From assembly GCA_964442705.1 (NCBI GenBank), contig CAYUAQ010000006.1, positions 1 through 60,921 of the forward strand: a stretch of 60,921 bases of DNA. The letters run 5' to 3'. The DNA comes from an uncultured Desulfobacteraceae bacterium (GTDB taxonomy: Bacteria; Desulfobacterota; Desulfobacteria; Desulfobacterales; JALSRD01). The notes under the pieces were generated by a model, which was given only the letters and a program-made list of their open reading frames with translations, ran no database searches and was not told the DNA's origin. Shown piece by piece: positions 47,047-57,299 of this stretch. How positions within the stretch are numbered: the first letter of the stretch is position 1; each line of letters begins with the position of its first letter. Both the position numbers and the translations under genes were made by a program.

Positions 47047-47808
47047 TCAGGGATCGTCGATGAGGCCTTCACGGCGCAGCCGCTTTCTGAGGCTGAGCAC
47101 CGCCTCGGTGTGGATCTGGGAGATACGCGATTCGGTGAGTCCCAGCACATGCCCTACCTCTTTCATGGTCAGCTCTTCCTGGTAGTACAGGGAAATCACC
47201 AGCTTCTGCTTCTCCGGAAGATCCTCAATGGCTCTGGCCACGAAGCCTTTCAATTCTTTCAGGCGGGTCAGGCTGAGAGCATCGTCTCCCTCGTTGTTCA
47301 CCAGGTAGGCCATCATCTTACGACGGTCCTTTTTCGAAGAACAACCGATTTCGTCCAGGCTGATGAAGGAGATACTGGCAATTTTCTTGACCTGTCGAAC
47401 CTGTTTGAGACTCATCCCCAGCTCCACGGCAACCTCCTCGTCACTGGCCTGACGGCCCAGGCGCTTTTCCAGCTTGAGATAGGCTTTTTCCAGTTCACGC
47501 ACTTTCTTGCGGCTGGAACGCGACAGCACATCCCTGGACCGTAGTTCGCTCAAAATGGCGCCCCGTATTCGGAAAGTGGCAAAAGTCAGCAACTTGGTTT
47601 CCCGCGAGGGGTCGTAGCGCTCGATGGCCTGAATCAACCCGATGACCCCGGCGTGCACCAGGTCTTCAAGCTCTATGCTGGCAGGCAGGTAAACCGCAAA
47701 ACGCTGGACAATACGGTTAACCAGGGGCAAATACTCGGTTACCAGCTGATTGCGCAGATTCAGGTCGTCCTTGTAAGGATGTTTCGGGCTTGCGGCTGAA
47801 TAATTCAT
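47047..47808 (-). CDS. fliA: Sigma-28 factor
   Basis: EDLVHAGVIGLIQAIERYD; RIRGAILSELR; YYQEELTMKEVG..LTESRISQIH. Confidence 0.95.
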   Translation of the reverse strand: MNYSAASPKHPYKDDLNLRNQLVTEYLPLVNRIVQRFAVYLPASIELEDLVHAGVIGLIQAIERYDPSRETKLLTFATFRIRGAILSELRSRDVLSRSSRKKVRELEKAYLKLEKRLGRQASDEEVAVELGMSLKQVRQVKKIASISFISLDEIGCSSKKDRRKMMAYLVNNEGDDALSLTRLKELKGFVARAIEDLPEKQKLVISLYYQEELTMKEVGHVLGLTESRISQIHTEAVLSLRKRLRREGLIDDP

Positions 47809-47821
47809 GGGAACTCTCTCT

Positions 47822-48730
47822 TCAGTCGGTTTTATCCCGGGAGATATTCTCCCAGAAAGAAGCGTTGCCACCGCCGCTGGATGCAGACGGCAGTGACGCA
47901 TTTGACAGTTTGCGGGCCAATGAGAGCAGACACCGGCTGGCGTCGGTTTCCGGGTAAAGCTGCCTGACGGCCTTCTGGCGTTTTACGCCGGAAACCACGT
48001 TGCGGTCGTACTTGACGTAGCCGATATATTCGATATTCACGTCCAGAAATCTGTCCGTAACGATGCTGAGCTGCCGGAAGACTTCCTGGGATTCCTTGGT
48101 ATTGGCGGCCATGTTCACCAGCAGTTTGAACTTGTGCGCATCGTACTTCACCGAAAGTACTTTAATGAGGGCATAAGCGTCGGTGATGGAGGTGGGCTCC
48201 GGTGACACCACCACCACGATTTCGTGGGCCGCCGCAGCAAAATAGGTAACGTTGGAGGAAATGCCGGCAGCTGTATCGATGAGCAGAATGTCGACGGACT
48301 CCAACAGCCCATCCAGGTCACTCAGTATCCTGGCACGTTGTTCGTCGTTGATGGATGTCAGCTCATCGATGCCCGACGCGGCCGGCAGTATCTGGATGTT
48401 TTCCGGTCCACAGACGACTACCTCCTCAAGGCTCCTGCTTCCGTTTAGAAAATGTGAAAAGTTATAGCGGGGTGCCAGGCCCAGCAGGATGTCCAGATTT
48501 CCGAGTCCCATATCGGCATCCAGGATCATGACCCTCTTGCCGAGCTGGCTCATGGTAATTCCTAGGTTGGCTACGATATTGGTCTTGCCCACGCCGCCTT
48601 TGCCGCTGGTGATGGTAATCACCTTGGTAGGAGTCGTCTTCTGCGACCCTTCCTGAGACAGATCCCGCCCCCTTCTCTCCACGAGTCGATCCCTGAGGTG
48701 GATTACGTTTCCGGTTTGCTGTTTGTGCAT
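47822..48730 (-). CDS. flhG: MinD-like flagellar number regulator
   Basis: TSGKGGVGKT, DADMGLGN, DTAAGIS, PEPTSITDAYALIK. Confidence 0.93.
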   Translation of the reverse strand: MHKQQTGNVIHLRDRLVERRGRDLSQEGSQKTTPTKVITITSGKGGVGKTNIVANLGITMSQLGKRVMILDADMGLGNLDILLGLAPRYNFSHFLNGSRSLEEVVVCGPENIQILPAASGIDELTSINDEQRARILSDLDGLLESVDILLIDTAAGISSNVTYFAAAAHEIVVVVSPEPTSITDAYALIKVLSVKYDAHKFKLLVNMAANTKESQEVFRQLSIVTDRFLDVNIEYIGYVKYDRNVVSGVKRQKAVRQLYPETDASRCLLSLARKLSNASLPSASSGGGNASFWENISRDKTD

Positions 48731-48818
48731 CAAATTTTCCTTGCAAGAACACGGTGGTCCGATTCAGACGAATTTTTTCTTTTTGCCGGATCACGCGTCG
48801 CTATGGCCGGCGACACGC

Positions 48819-50009
48819 TCAGCCCGCCATCCACTTCAGCCGCTCGGTGGATTCATCCTGATCTGCTCCCTCAACGTGATCCCAGCCTGCCAGCACAATA
48901 TCCGCCAGCTTCTCGAGGGTGGCGATTTTCAGATCCTCGGGAATATTCTGGCCCTGGGAAAAGTAGGAAACCGGGGTCTGTGTATGGTACATGACATCCA
49001 CCAGATTTCCGTGGGTGGATGATTCGTCCAGCCGGGTAAACAGCAGACGGCTGAAGGAGAGTGTCTCAAAACTTTCGGCCATTTTCAGCATATCCTCCTC
49101 CTTGGTACTGGCCGCCAGCAGAAGGTGTATCTCTACCCTGTGCCGGCAACGCTGGAAGAAGTTTTTCAGTTCCAGCACACGGTTGCGGTCACCGTTGTTG
49201 ACCCCGGCCGTGTCAACCAGCACCAGGGCCGCCTTGCGGAAATAGGCCAGTGCCCGGGCGAATTCGGCCGGCTTTCTCACCACATGAACCTCCACCCCCA
49301 CCAGGGCGGCGAAATTCAGGAGCTGTTCCACGGCACCCATGCGGGTATTATCCACCGCGACGATGCCGACCCGCTCGGCGCCCAGCCGGTTGCGTGCCAG
49401 GGCCGCGAGCTTGATCACCGTGGTGGTCTTGCCCACGCCCGGCGGTCCCACCAGGGCCGCCACAGTGGCCGCGCCCTGCCGGATGCGGATGCGCTCGCAG
49501 TTCAATCCCAGTTCCGCAAACACGGAAGCCAACCCCTGGCGTACATCCCGGAGGGAGGTCTCCGGATCGAAAAGTGCCATTTCCCGGACCAGTTCATCGG
49601 TCAGCTCCCGGCCGATGCCCTGCTGCCGCAGGTGGCGGCGGAGAGCGGGGTTTTCCCGGTAGGCGACCGCAGATAGCCCCTTGGGATCTGCAGCCGCTGG
49701 TCGGTGCCGGGTCCCTGCGGCGGGAGGTGAGGGTTTAAGCCGGTAGGCCTGCATGGCCTGCCAGGGTCTCGGCGTCGGGAAATCAAGGGATCTGCTTCCT
49801 ACAGGCCCGGCGGCTGCCCCGGCCTTCCGATTTTTTTTCATCTGCAGGGCAGGGCTGTCGGTGGCGGCGGTGACTTCCACACGGCGATTCCTCAGCAGTC
49901 CTCCTTTTACACTGCGTGCCGAAAGAATGACCGCTTCCGGTCCGAATTCGCGTTTGACCTGCAGCAGTGCCTGATTCATGGTCTCGGCCTCAAAAATCTT
50001 AATATGCAT
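48819..50009 (-). CDS. flhF: SRP-family GTPase FlhF
   Basis: GPPGVGKTTT, GAVEQL, DTAG, TRLDE; N-terminal FEAETMNQAL. Confidence 0.92.
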   Translation of the reverse strand: MHIKIFEAETMNQALLQVKREFGPEAVILSARSVKGGLLRNRRVEVTAATDSPALQMKKNRKAGAAAGPVGSRSLDFPTPRPWQAMQAYRLKPSPPAAGTRHRPAAADPKGLSAVAYRENPALRRHLRQQGIGRELTDELVREMALFDPETSLRDVRQGLASVFAELGLNCERIRIRQGAATVAALVGPPGVGKTTTVIKLAALARNRLGAERVGIVAVDNTRMGAVEQLLNFAALVGVEVHVVRKPAEFARALAYFRKAALVLVDTAGVNNGDRNRVLELKNFFQRCRHRVEIHLLLAASTKEEDMLKMAESFETLSFSRLLFTRLDESSTHGNLVDVMYHTQTPVSYFSQGQNIPEDLKIATLEKLADIVLAGWDHVEGADQDESTERLKWMAG

Positions 50010-52104
50010 CGGGATGTCCTACCATGCCTAGAGTTTGAATGGTCACATCACTTGAGATTTCGTTGTACGACAGAACCGCCAGATTGGGGATGAAGCGGTC
50101 TGCCAGCTTTTTGAAATGGCTTCTGATGCGTGCCCCGCAGAGGATAACCGGTTGCAAACTCAGCTGGGAAAACTTCTCCAGCTGGCCCGCCAGGCCGCTC
50201 ATGACCCTCTGGGCGAAATCCGGTTCGATGGCCAGGTAAGAGCCGTGATCGGCGGATTTAACCGCCTCGGCAATGAAACGCTCCAGTTCCGGGTCCAACG
50301 TCAGGGCAACTATTTTTCCGTCGCCAGTCTGGTACAAGCGGCTGATGGTGCGGGCCAGGGCCTGGCGCACATACTCCGTGAGCACTTCTGTGTCTTTGGT
50401 GACGGGGCTCCAGTCGGCCAGGGTTTCAACGATGGTCAGCAGGTCGCGGATGGGCACCTGCTCCCTGAGCAGGTTCTGCAGAACCTTTACCGTACCCCCC
50501 AGGGACAGGAGGTTGGGCACCAGCTCTTCGACTGCCTTGGGGTGGGATTCGGCCAGCGTATCCAGCATCTGCTGAACATCCTGACGGCCGATCAGCTCAT
50601 GGGCAAAGCGCCGGATGACGTCGGTTAGATGGGTGGTCAGGACGGTGGCATTATCCACCACGGTGTAGCCCTTTTCGATTGCCTCGTCCTTGTCTTTCTC
50701 CCGTATCCACAACGCCGGCAGCCCGTAGGTGGGCTCCCGGGTGGCCTGCCCCTCGATGTCGTGCTCGTCGCCCGCCTCCGGCTTCATGGCCAGGTAGTAA
50801 CTGGTCATCAGTTCCCCGCGGGCCACCTCGTTGCCCTTGAGGAGGATGGTGTACTCGCCGGGCTTAAGCTGCATGTTGTCCTGGATGTGCACGGACGGAA
50901 CGATGATCCCCAGTTCCTGTACCAACTGCCGGCGGATAGACTTGATACGGTCCAGCAGTTCGCCATTCTGGTCGATGTCCACCAGCGGAACCAGCCCGTA
51001 CCCTACTTCCAGGGCCAGCATATCCAACGGAGGCAATGGCTTTACAGCCGCCAGCACCGGCTCTTCCTCGGCTGTACCCACGGGAAGGGCTTCTTCCTGT
51101 CGTCTTGTTTTTTCGGCCTGGAACAGGTAGTAGGCGATTGCACCGGCGGTGAGAGAAAGAACCAGGAAGGGAATGGTGGGCAGTCCGGGAAAAACGCCGA
51201 AGACAAATAGCACTACAGCGGCAATGGCGATGGCCCGCGGCTGGGTGATGAGCTGCGAAGAGATCTCCCTTCCCAGGCTGGCCTCGGACCCGGCCCGACT
51301 GACAACAATGCCGGCGGAAGTAGACACCACCAGGGCCGGAATCTGGGACACCAGCCCGTCACCGACGGTCAGCAGCGTGTAGGTCTGGGCGGCATCGGAA
51401 AAGCTCATGTGGTCTTGAAAAACACCGATCAGCAGGCCGGCGATGATGTTTACCAGGGTGATCAGGATGCCGGCGATGGCGTCTCCGCGCACGAACTTGT
51501 TGGCACCGTCCATGGCCCCATAGTACTCGGCCTCCCTGGCAATCTCGGCCCGGCGGGCCTTGGCCTCCTGGTCGTTGATCAGGCCGGCGTTCAGATCGGC
51601 ATCGATACTCATCTGCTTTCCAGGCATGGCGTCCAGGGTGAAGCGGGCGGCCACTTCCGCGATGCGGCCGGCGCCCTTGGTAATGACGACGAAGTTGATC
51701 ACCACCAGGATGAGGAAGACGATGAGCCCCACCACGTAGTTGCCGCCCACCACGAAACTGCCGAAGGCGTTAATGACGCTGCCGGCGGCCAAGGGGCCTT
51801 CGCTGCCGTGCAGCAGGATGATGCGGGTGGAGGCAATGTTGAGCGAAAGCCTGAACAGGGTGGCCAGCAGCAGAATGGAAGGGAAAGAGGACAGGTCCAG
51901 GGGCCGGTGAATATACATGCCCACCAGCAGGATCACCAGTGAGCAGGTGATGTTGAAGGAGAGCAGCATGTCCAGGATGATGGAGGGCAGCGGAATCATC
52001 ATGATCAGCAGGATGCCGACCACGCCGGCGGCCATCATGATATCGGTATTGCGCGACAGCGGCGTTGTCCCCTCCATCAGTGTGTTCTGCATGTCGTAGG
52101 CCAT
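49999..52104 (-). CDS. flhA: Flagellar export gate protein
   Basis: AEVAARFTLDAMPGKQMSIDADL; YGAMDGANKFVRGDAIAG. Confidence 0.97.
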   Translation of the reverse strand: MAYDMQNTLMEGTTPLSRNTDIMMAAGVVGILLIMMIPLPSIILDMLLSFNITCSLVILLVGMYIHRPLDLSSFPSILLLATLFRLSLNIASTRIILLHGSEGPLAAGSVINAFGSFVVGGNYVVGLIVFLILVVINFVVITKGAGRIAEVAARFTLDAMPGKQMSIDADLNAGLINDQEAKARRAEIAREAEYYGAMDGANKFVRGDAIAGILITLVNIIAGLLIGVFQDHMSFSDAAQTYTLLTVGDGLVSQIPALVVSTSAGIVVSRAGSEASLGREISSQLITQPRAIAIAAVVLFVFGVFPGLPTIPFLVLSLTAGAIAYYLFQAEKTRRQEEALPVGTAEEEPVLAAVKPLPPLDMLALEVGYGLVPLVDIDQNGELLDRIKSIRRQLVQELGIIVPSVHIQDNMQLKPGEYTILLKGNEVARGELMTSYYLAMKPEAGDEHDIEGQATREPTYGLPALWIREKDKDEAIEKGYTVVDNATVLTTHLTDVIRRFAHELIGRQDVQQMLDTLAESHPKAVEELVPNLLSLGGTVKVLQNLLREQVPIRDLLTIVETLADWSPVTKDTEVLTEYVRQALARTISRLYQTGDGKIVALTLDPELERFIAEAVKSADHGSYLAIEPDFAQRVMSGLAGQLEKFSQLSLQPVILCGARIRSHFKKLADRFIPNLAVLSYNEISSDVTIQTLGMVGHPDAY

Positions 52105-52116
52105 AACTGCCTCACC

Positions 52117-53196
52117 TTACGGGCGCGCTGCCCCCTTGAGTTCCCTGAGCCTGTACACATAGGCCAGAATTTCGGCTACCGCCTGGTAAAGATCCGCCGG
52201 AATGTAAGCTCCGATATCGACCCCCTTAAAAAGGCTGCGGGCCAGCGTCTTCTGCTCCACTATGGGAACCCCGTGCTCGACGGCCACGGAGCGGATGCGC
52301 TCGGCCACAAACCCGGCCCCCTTTGCCACCACCCTGGGGGCCGACATGGTGCCCGCATCGAACCTCAGTGCCACGGCCAAGTGCGTGGGGTTGGTGATCA
52401 CCACGGTGGCCTCCGGCACCTGATCCATCATGCGGCGGCGGGCCATTTCCAGCTGGATGGCGCGTATGCGAGACTTGATCTTGGGGTCGCCCTCGGTCTG
52501 CTTGAACTCGTCCTTGATCTCCTGCTTGGTCATGCGCAGGTCTTTTTCGTGCTGCCAGCGCTGAAAAGCGTAGTCCAGAGCCGCCAGCACCACCATGACC
52601 AGGCAGGTGTAAGCGCACACCCTGAAGGCCACCAGGCCGAAAAAGGCCAGGATGCCGGCCACACCCACCTGCATCAGGGAGGGCATGGCAGCGGCCTGGC
52701 CCTTGACCATGGCGAAGGCCACCAGGCCGACAAATCCCATCTTGAGCAGTGATTTGACCAGTTCGGCAAAAGAGCGCAGCGAAAACAACCGTTTGATGCC
52801 CGAAACAGGGTTCAGCTTGGAAAATCTGAAGGCGAATGGCTCCTCGATGACCAGGAAGCCGACCTGGGCAATGTTGGCCGCCACGGCCACCAGGATGACT
52901 ACCGCCAACAGGGGTAACAGCACCCAGAAAACCTGCTGCATGATTTCCCACAACAGCACAGGCACCGAACTCTGTTGCAGGTCCAGTGTGCCGATGTTCT
53001 GGTAGAAAGCATGCATGAATTCCGTGAAGTGCCCCACCATCTGCGCCCCCCAGAAGTAAAAGACTCCGGTGGCGCCGATCAGGATGGCGGCCGAAGAAAT
53101 TTCCCGGCTCTGGGCGACCTGTCCCTTTTTGCGCGCCTGGGCACGCTTCTTGGGGGTGGCCCTTTCGGTTCTCTCCTGATCGTTTCTTTCCGCCAT
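52117..53196 (-). CDS. flhB: Flagellar export switch protein
   Basis: TERATPKK; EGDP; NPTH autocleavage site. Confidence 0.97.
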   Translation of the reverse strand: MAERNDQERTERATPKKRAQARKKGQVAQSREISSAAILIGATGVFYFWGAQMVGHFTEFMHAFYQNIGTLDLQQSSVPVLLWEIMQQVFWVLLPLLAVVILVAVAANIAQVGFLVIEEPFAFRFSKLNPVSGIKRLFSLRSFAELVKSLLKMGFVGLVAFAMVKGQAAAMPSLMQVGVAGILAFFGLVAFRVCAYTCLVMVVLAALDYAFQRWQHEKDLRMTKQEIKDEFKQTEGDPKIKSRIRAIQLEMARRRMMDQVPEATVVITNPTHLAVALRFDAGTMSAPRVVAKGAGFVAERIRSVAVEHGVPIVEQKTLARSLFKGVDIGAYIPADLYQAVAEILAYVYRLRELKGAARP

Positions 53197-53203
53197 AGGT
53201 TCG

Positions 53204-53983
53204 TTACTTCATGGCCTTGAGCATCAGCGCAAGGTCGTTTCCGAGATTGACGAAAACATGGCCCAGGAATCCCGCCAGAAAAGGCAGTGCCAGGGCCATG
53301 AACACCAGACCGATGATGATTTTGACCGGCATGGCCACAATGAAAATGTTCATCTGGGGAACCACCCGTGCCACCAACCCCAGCGTCAGGCTGGTGAGCA
53401 GCAGGGCTACCATGACCGGGGCGGCGATTTTGACAGCGGTAACAAACATGCCGCCGGTCAGGTCTGAAAGCAGGGCCATCAAGGAGCGGTTGAAGCGGAA
53501 TCCCAGCAGCGGAACGAGGCGAAAACTCTCGGCCAGGGCCCGCAGAACAAGATGGTGGGCGTTGGCCGCCAGAAAAATCAGCATGGCGACGATGTTTTCC
53601 AGTTGGGAGACAATGGGCATCTGGGTGCTGGTGACCGGATCGAATACATTGGCGATGGCCAGCCCCATCTGAAACCCGGCCAGCTGTCCGGCCATTTCCA
53701 CCGCTGCAAAAATCAGCCGGACGGTAAAACCGATGATCAGGCCCACCAGAACTTCTCCAACAATACCGAAACCCAGCAGCGAAAATCCGTTTGCCGGCAT
53801 CGGTGTATCGACCCTCAGCAAGGGATAGAGCAGCACGGCCGCCGAGAGGGCCAGGCCGATCTTGAAGAGCACCGGAATGGCGCGGCTGTCAAAAAGGGGT
53901 GCCGAAAACACGATGGCTGCCACCCTAATAAATATCAGCAGGACCATCTGGATCTGGGATAACTTTAGGCTCAGGGCGATCAT
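53204..53983 (-). CDS. fliR: Flagellar export protein
   Basis: AGQLAGFQMG; PQMNIF. Confidence 0.95.
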   Translation of the reverse strand: MIALSLKLSQIQMVLLIFIRVAAIVFSAPLFDSRAIPVLFKIGLALSAAVLLYPLLRVDTPMPANGFSLLGFGIVGEVLVGLIIGFTVRLIFAAVEMAGQLAGFQMGLAIANVFDPVTSTQMPIVSQLENIVAMLIFLAANAHHLVLRALAESFRLVPLLGFRFNRSLMALLSDLTGGMFVTAVKIAAPVMVALLLTSLTLGLVARVVPQMNIFIVAMPVKIIIGLVFMALALPFLAGFLGHVFVNLGNDLALMLKAMK

Positions 53984-54001
53984 GGGCTTCAGTCCCTGCC
54001 G

Positions 54002-54271
54002 CTATCGAATATACAGCGGAATATTGTTGATCAGGTTCTCGGTGAACGTCACAACCATCTGCAGCATCCATGGGAAGAAAATGAGCATGGCGACGGCCAC
54101 GGCGATCATCTTGGGGATGAACACCAGGGTCATTTCGTTTATCTGCGTGGCCGCCTGAAACATGCTCACCAGCACGCCGGCCACCAGTCCGAAGAGCAGG
54201 ACCGGCGCCGCCAGCAGCACCGCCAGCTTGATGGCTTCGAAAAAAAATCCTGTGACAAATTCCGGCGTCAT
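54002..54271 (-). CDS. fliQ: Flagellar export protein
   Basis: FQAATQINEMTLVFIPK. Confidence 0.96.
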   Translation of the reverse strand: MTPEFVTGFFFEAIKLAVLLAAPVLLFGLVAGVLVSMFQAATQINEMTLVFIPKMIAVAVAMLIFFPWMLQMVVTFTENLINNIPLYIR

Positions 54272-54283
54272 GGCGTTGTTTTC

Positions 54284-55096
54284 CTATGCGAAGCTCTTGA
54301 CCAGTGACCCCACGATCAGATACCACCCGTCGGCCAGCACAAAGAGCATCAGCTTGAAAGGTAGTGAAATCATCACCGGCGGCAGCATCATCATACCCAT
54401 GGACAGCAGTACGCTGGCCACCACCATGTCGAGAATCAGGAACGGAACGTAGAGCAGAAAACCGATCTGAAAGGCGGTTTTCAACTCACTGATGATGAAG
54501 GACGGTATCAGCACCGAAGTAGGCACATCCTCGATGTTGCGGGGTTTCTTGAGTTTGGAAATCTTGACGAAAAGCGCCAGATCCTTTTCGCGGGTCTGAT
54601 GATACATGAACCTGCGAATGGGCTGTACTGCCTTTTGCAGGGCCTCCTGCTGGGAAATCTTCTTCCCCAGGAAAGGCTTTACGGCCTGGCTGTTCACCTG
54701 CTGCCAAACCGGCGTCATGATGAAAAAGGTCAGAAACAGCGCCAGCCCCAGGATGATCTGGTTGGGCGGCATCTGGTGGGTTCCCAGGGCCTGGCGTAGA
54801 AGTGAAAGCACGATGGCGATCCGTGTGAAAGACGTGACCATGATCAGGATGGCCGGTGCCAGGGACAGAATGGTCAGCAGGACGAAAATCTGCAAAACCA
54901 CGGTCATGTCTCCCGGATCATCAGAGTTCCGGTAGTCCACCTTGACCAATGGGAAGCCCTGTTCTTCCGTCTGGGCCCGGCAGACCCCGCCGGCAACGGT
55001 CGACAAAACGGCGACCAGCAGAACGATCGTCCAGAAAGCCCTTGCGCGCTGCCTTGACTTTGCGTATCCAACGGCCTGTCTGGTGGTCACTGTCAC
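54284..55096 (-). CDS. fliP: Flagellar export protein
   Basis: TSFTRI..QMPPNQ; [11 protein letters not shown]; [16 protein letters not shown]. Confidence 0.97.
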   Translation of the reverse strand: MTVTTRQAVGYAKSRQRARAFWTIVLLVAVLSTVAGGVCRAQTEEQGFPLVKVDYRNSDDPGDMTVVLQIFVLLTILSLAPAILIMVTSFTRIAIVLSLLRQALGTHQMPPNQIILGLALFLTFFIMTPVWQQVNSQAVKPFLGKKISQQEALQKAVQPIRRFMYHQTREKDLALFVKISKLKKPRNIEDVPTSVLIPSFIISELKTAFQIGFLLYVPFLILDMVVASVLLSMGMMMLPPVMISLPFKLMLFVLADGWYLIVGSLVKSFA

Positions 55097-55464
55097 TTTC
55101 CTGTTTTCCCTGTGTGCTTGCGTAACTTGTTTAAATAGCTCTGAAAACTGTCCGCCGACCCGGCCTCATCGGACGGTGCCATCTTCCGGAGGGCTTCCGC
55201 GTCCTCGATCTTATCCAGCAGACTGATGCGGTCGCCGGTGACACCCAGCACCAGCACCGACCCAGGCACTTCCAGCAACATTATGTTTTTTTTCACGCCC
55301 ACGTACTGGCTGGCCAGGATACGCAGTCCCGACCCCCCCGCGCTGATCCGGCGATTCAGAAAACGCCTGGCGAACCAAGCGACCAGCAGCACCGTCCCCA
55401 GCACCAGCACCAGGGCGACGGTCATCTTGAGTCCACTGGACAGCATGTCGGGCGTGTAAGTCAT
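55093..55464 (-). CDS. fliO: Flagellar biosynthesis protein FliO
   Basis: One TM followed by [20 protein letters not shown]; lies between fliN and fliP. Confidence 0.88.
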   Translation of the reverse strand: MTYTPDMLSSGLKMTVALVLVLGTVLLVAWFARRFLNRRISAGGSGLRILASQYVGVKKNIMLLEVPGSVLVLGVTGDRISLLDKIEDAEALRKMAPSDEAGSADSFQSYLNKLRKHTGKTGK

Positions 55465-55841
55465 CGCAGCGTCTCCACCCTCTCCATGGGGCTGATGATC
55501 TCCGTGAGGCGGATGGCATACTTTTCCTTGCTGACCACGACCTCCCCTTTGGCGATCAGGCGGTTGTTGGCCAGGATTTCAAGGTTCTCTCCCGCACTCT
55601 TGCCCAATTCGATAACCGATCCCTGGCCCAGCTTGAGGAGTTCGTTGATCTGCATGCGGGTACGTCCCAGTTCCACCCGGATTTCCAGCGGGATATCCAG
55701 TATGAAATCGATCTTATCTTCCGGGTCATGACGGGGCCCGGCGGATTCACTGCCGGTGGCCTCTTCCGGCTCGGCTTCAAAGCCCCCGGCCGGTTCCGGC
55801 GTCTGATTAGAGTGGTCCGTATCTTGTTTAAAATCCGACAT
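55461..55841 (-). CDS. fliN: Motor switch protein
   Basis: ILDIPLEIRVELGRT..GSVIEL..GEVVV. Confidence 0.94.
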   Translation of the reverse strand: MSDFKQDTDHSNQTPEPAGGFEAEPEEATGSESAGPRHDPEDKIDFILDIPLEIRVELGRTRMQINELLKLGQGSVIELGKSAGENLEILANNRLIAKGEVVVSKEKYAIRLTEIISPMERVETLR

Positions 55842-56823
55842 CTGCTCTGCGCCTCCTGTGGCGATTTATCTTCTCGGCAATTTCAACAGCCCGGCTTCCC
55901 TTGATGATACCGGGAAATCCCCGGAATTTGGGCACGCTGTTGACCTTTAGGGTGACAAAGTCCTTTGGCCCGGTGCCCAGCCGAATGATATCGCCCCGTT
56001 TGAGATTCAGAATATCCCGCACCGGCCGCGTGGTACGCCCCAGTTCGGCCACCACATCCAGCTCGGCGTCTTTGATCAGTTCACGGATTTCGCGGCCCCA
56101 CTTCCGCTCGATGTCTTTTTCGCGCATGTAGCTGGAGGAAAGCTTTTCTTTGATGGGTTCCAGCATGAGGTAGGAGACACAGAAGGCGATGGCCCCTTCG
56201 AATTCTTCGGCCTTGACCGAAAAGGAGGCTACCAGGATCATCTCAGACGGCCCGAAAACGTGCACGAACTCCGGTTTGGTTTCCAGCTTTTTAGACTCCA
56301 CGGTCGAGGGGCTGACCACCTGCCAGGCTTTTTCCAGCGCCTGGTTGAGCTCGGCATTCACTTTTCTGGCCATAGTCAGTTCGATGAGGGTAAATTCCCG
56401 AAGTTTCCCGAAAGGCTTCCCGGTGCCGCCGAACATGCAGTCGATGAAGGAAAACACCAGGCTTGGCTCCATGACGGTCAGTGCCGTGTTGAGCAGTGGC
56501 TCCATGGACAGGGTATCAAAGAGAGTCGGCGTGCTGCAGCCACCGATCAGCTTGTCAAAGGTCTTGACTTCCTTGGTGTCAAACACCACCCCGACTTCCC
56601 TCTGCAGGAGGGCCGACAGGGATTTCCGGAAAAGTGAAGCAAACTTGTCAAAGACCTCATCCAGAGCGCTGAATTCATCCTCCAGCTGCACTCTCTTGGA
56701 AGTCAGGTCATAAGCGGTGGCTTGGGTTTTCTTCTCTTTTTCCGCGTCTAGATCGACGTCGCCGTTGGCCATGGCCCCCAGCAGGGCGTCGATCTCTTCC
56801 TGTGACAGTATCTGATCGGCCAT
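55828..56823 (-). CDS. fliM: Motor switch protein
   Basis: ILSQEEIDALL CheY-binding peptide; MFGG; REFTLIE; C-terminal SpoA domain. Confidence 0.93.
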   Translation of the reverse strand: MADQILSQEEIDALLGAMANGDVDLDAEKEKKTQATAYDLTSKRVQLEDEFSALDEVFDKFASLFRKSLSALLQREVGVVFDTKEVKTFDKLIGGCSTPTLFDTLSMEPLLNTALTVMEPSLVFSFIDCMFGGTGKPFGKLREFTLIELTMARKVNAELNQALEKAWQVVSPSTVESKKLETKPEFVHVFGPSEMILVASFSVKAEEFEGAIAFCVSYLMLEPIKEKLSSSYMREKDIERKWGREIRELIKDAELDVVAELGRTTRPVRDILNLKRGDIIRLGTGPKDFVTLKVNSVPKFRGFPGIIKGSRAVEIAEKINRHRRRRADVGF

Positions 56824-56836
56824 TTTCCGTAACCGG

Positions 56837-57298
56837 CTACTGGATGACAAACTCTGTGAAGTAAATGTGGGTCACCGGTGCCTCTTTTAGAAACCCGTTG
56901 ATCTTCTTCATGATCTGCTGACGCAGGGCGATTTTACCCTCCACCGTATGCAATTCAGCGTATTTCTTGGTCGGCAGAATCATCAGGATGCTGTCCTTGA
57001 TTTTGGGCAGGTGATCCTCGACCTGTTTGACCATTTCGGCGTTTTTGACTTCCAGTTCCATGGTCACTCTCAAGAAGCGTTTACCGCCTTCGTCGGCCAG
57101 GTTGACGATAAAGGGATCCAGGTGGAAGGTCGGCCCCATTCCCGCCTCGGCTTTTTTCTCGGCCTCCTTGGCAGAGGCCTGCACATTCTGGACGCCGAGG
57201 GAGGCCAGTTTCTGCCACATGATGAAAAAGCCTGCCCCCAGACCGCCCAATACGACGACGGAACTTAAGATAACAATGATGAGTACTTTTTTTGACAT
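56837..57298 (-). CDS. fliL: Flagellar basal body-associated protein
   Basis: One TM; FIVNLAD; EGK..LR; IYFTEFVIQ; GGAGG SD. Confidence 0.93.
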   Translation of the reverse strand: MSKKVLIIVILSSVVVLGGLGAGFFIMWQKLASLGVQNVQASAKEAEKKAEAGMGPTFHLDPFIVNLADEGGKRFLRVTMELEVKNAEMVKQVEDHLPKIKDSILMILPTKKYAELHTVEGKIALRQQIMKKINGFLKEAPVTHIYFTEFVIQ

Positions 57299-57299
57299 T

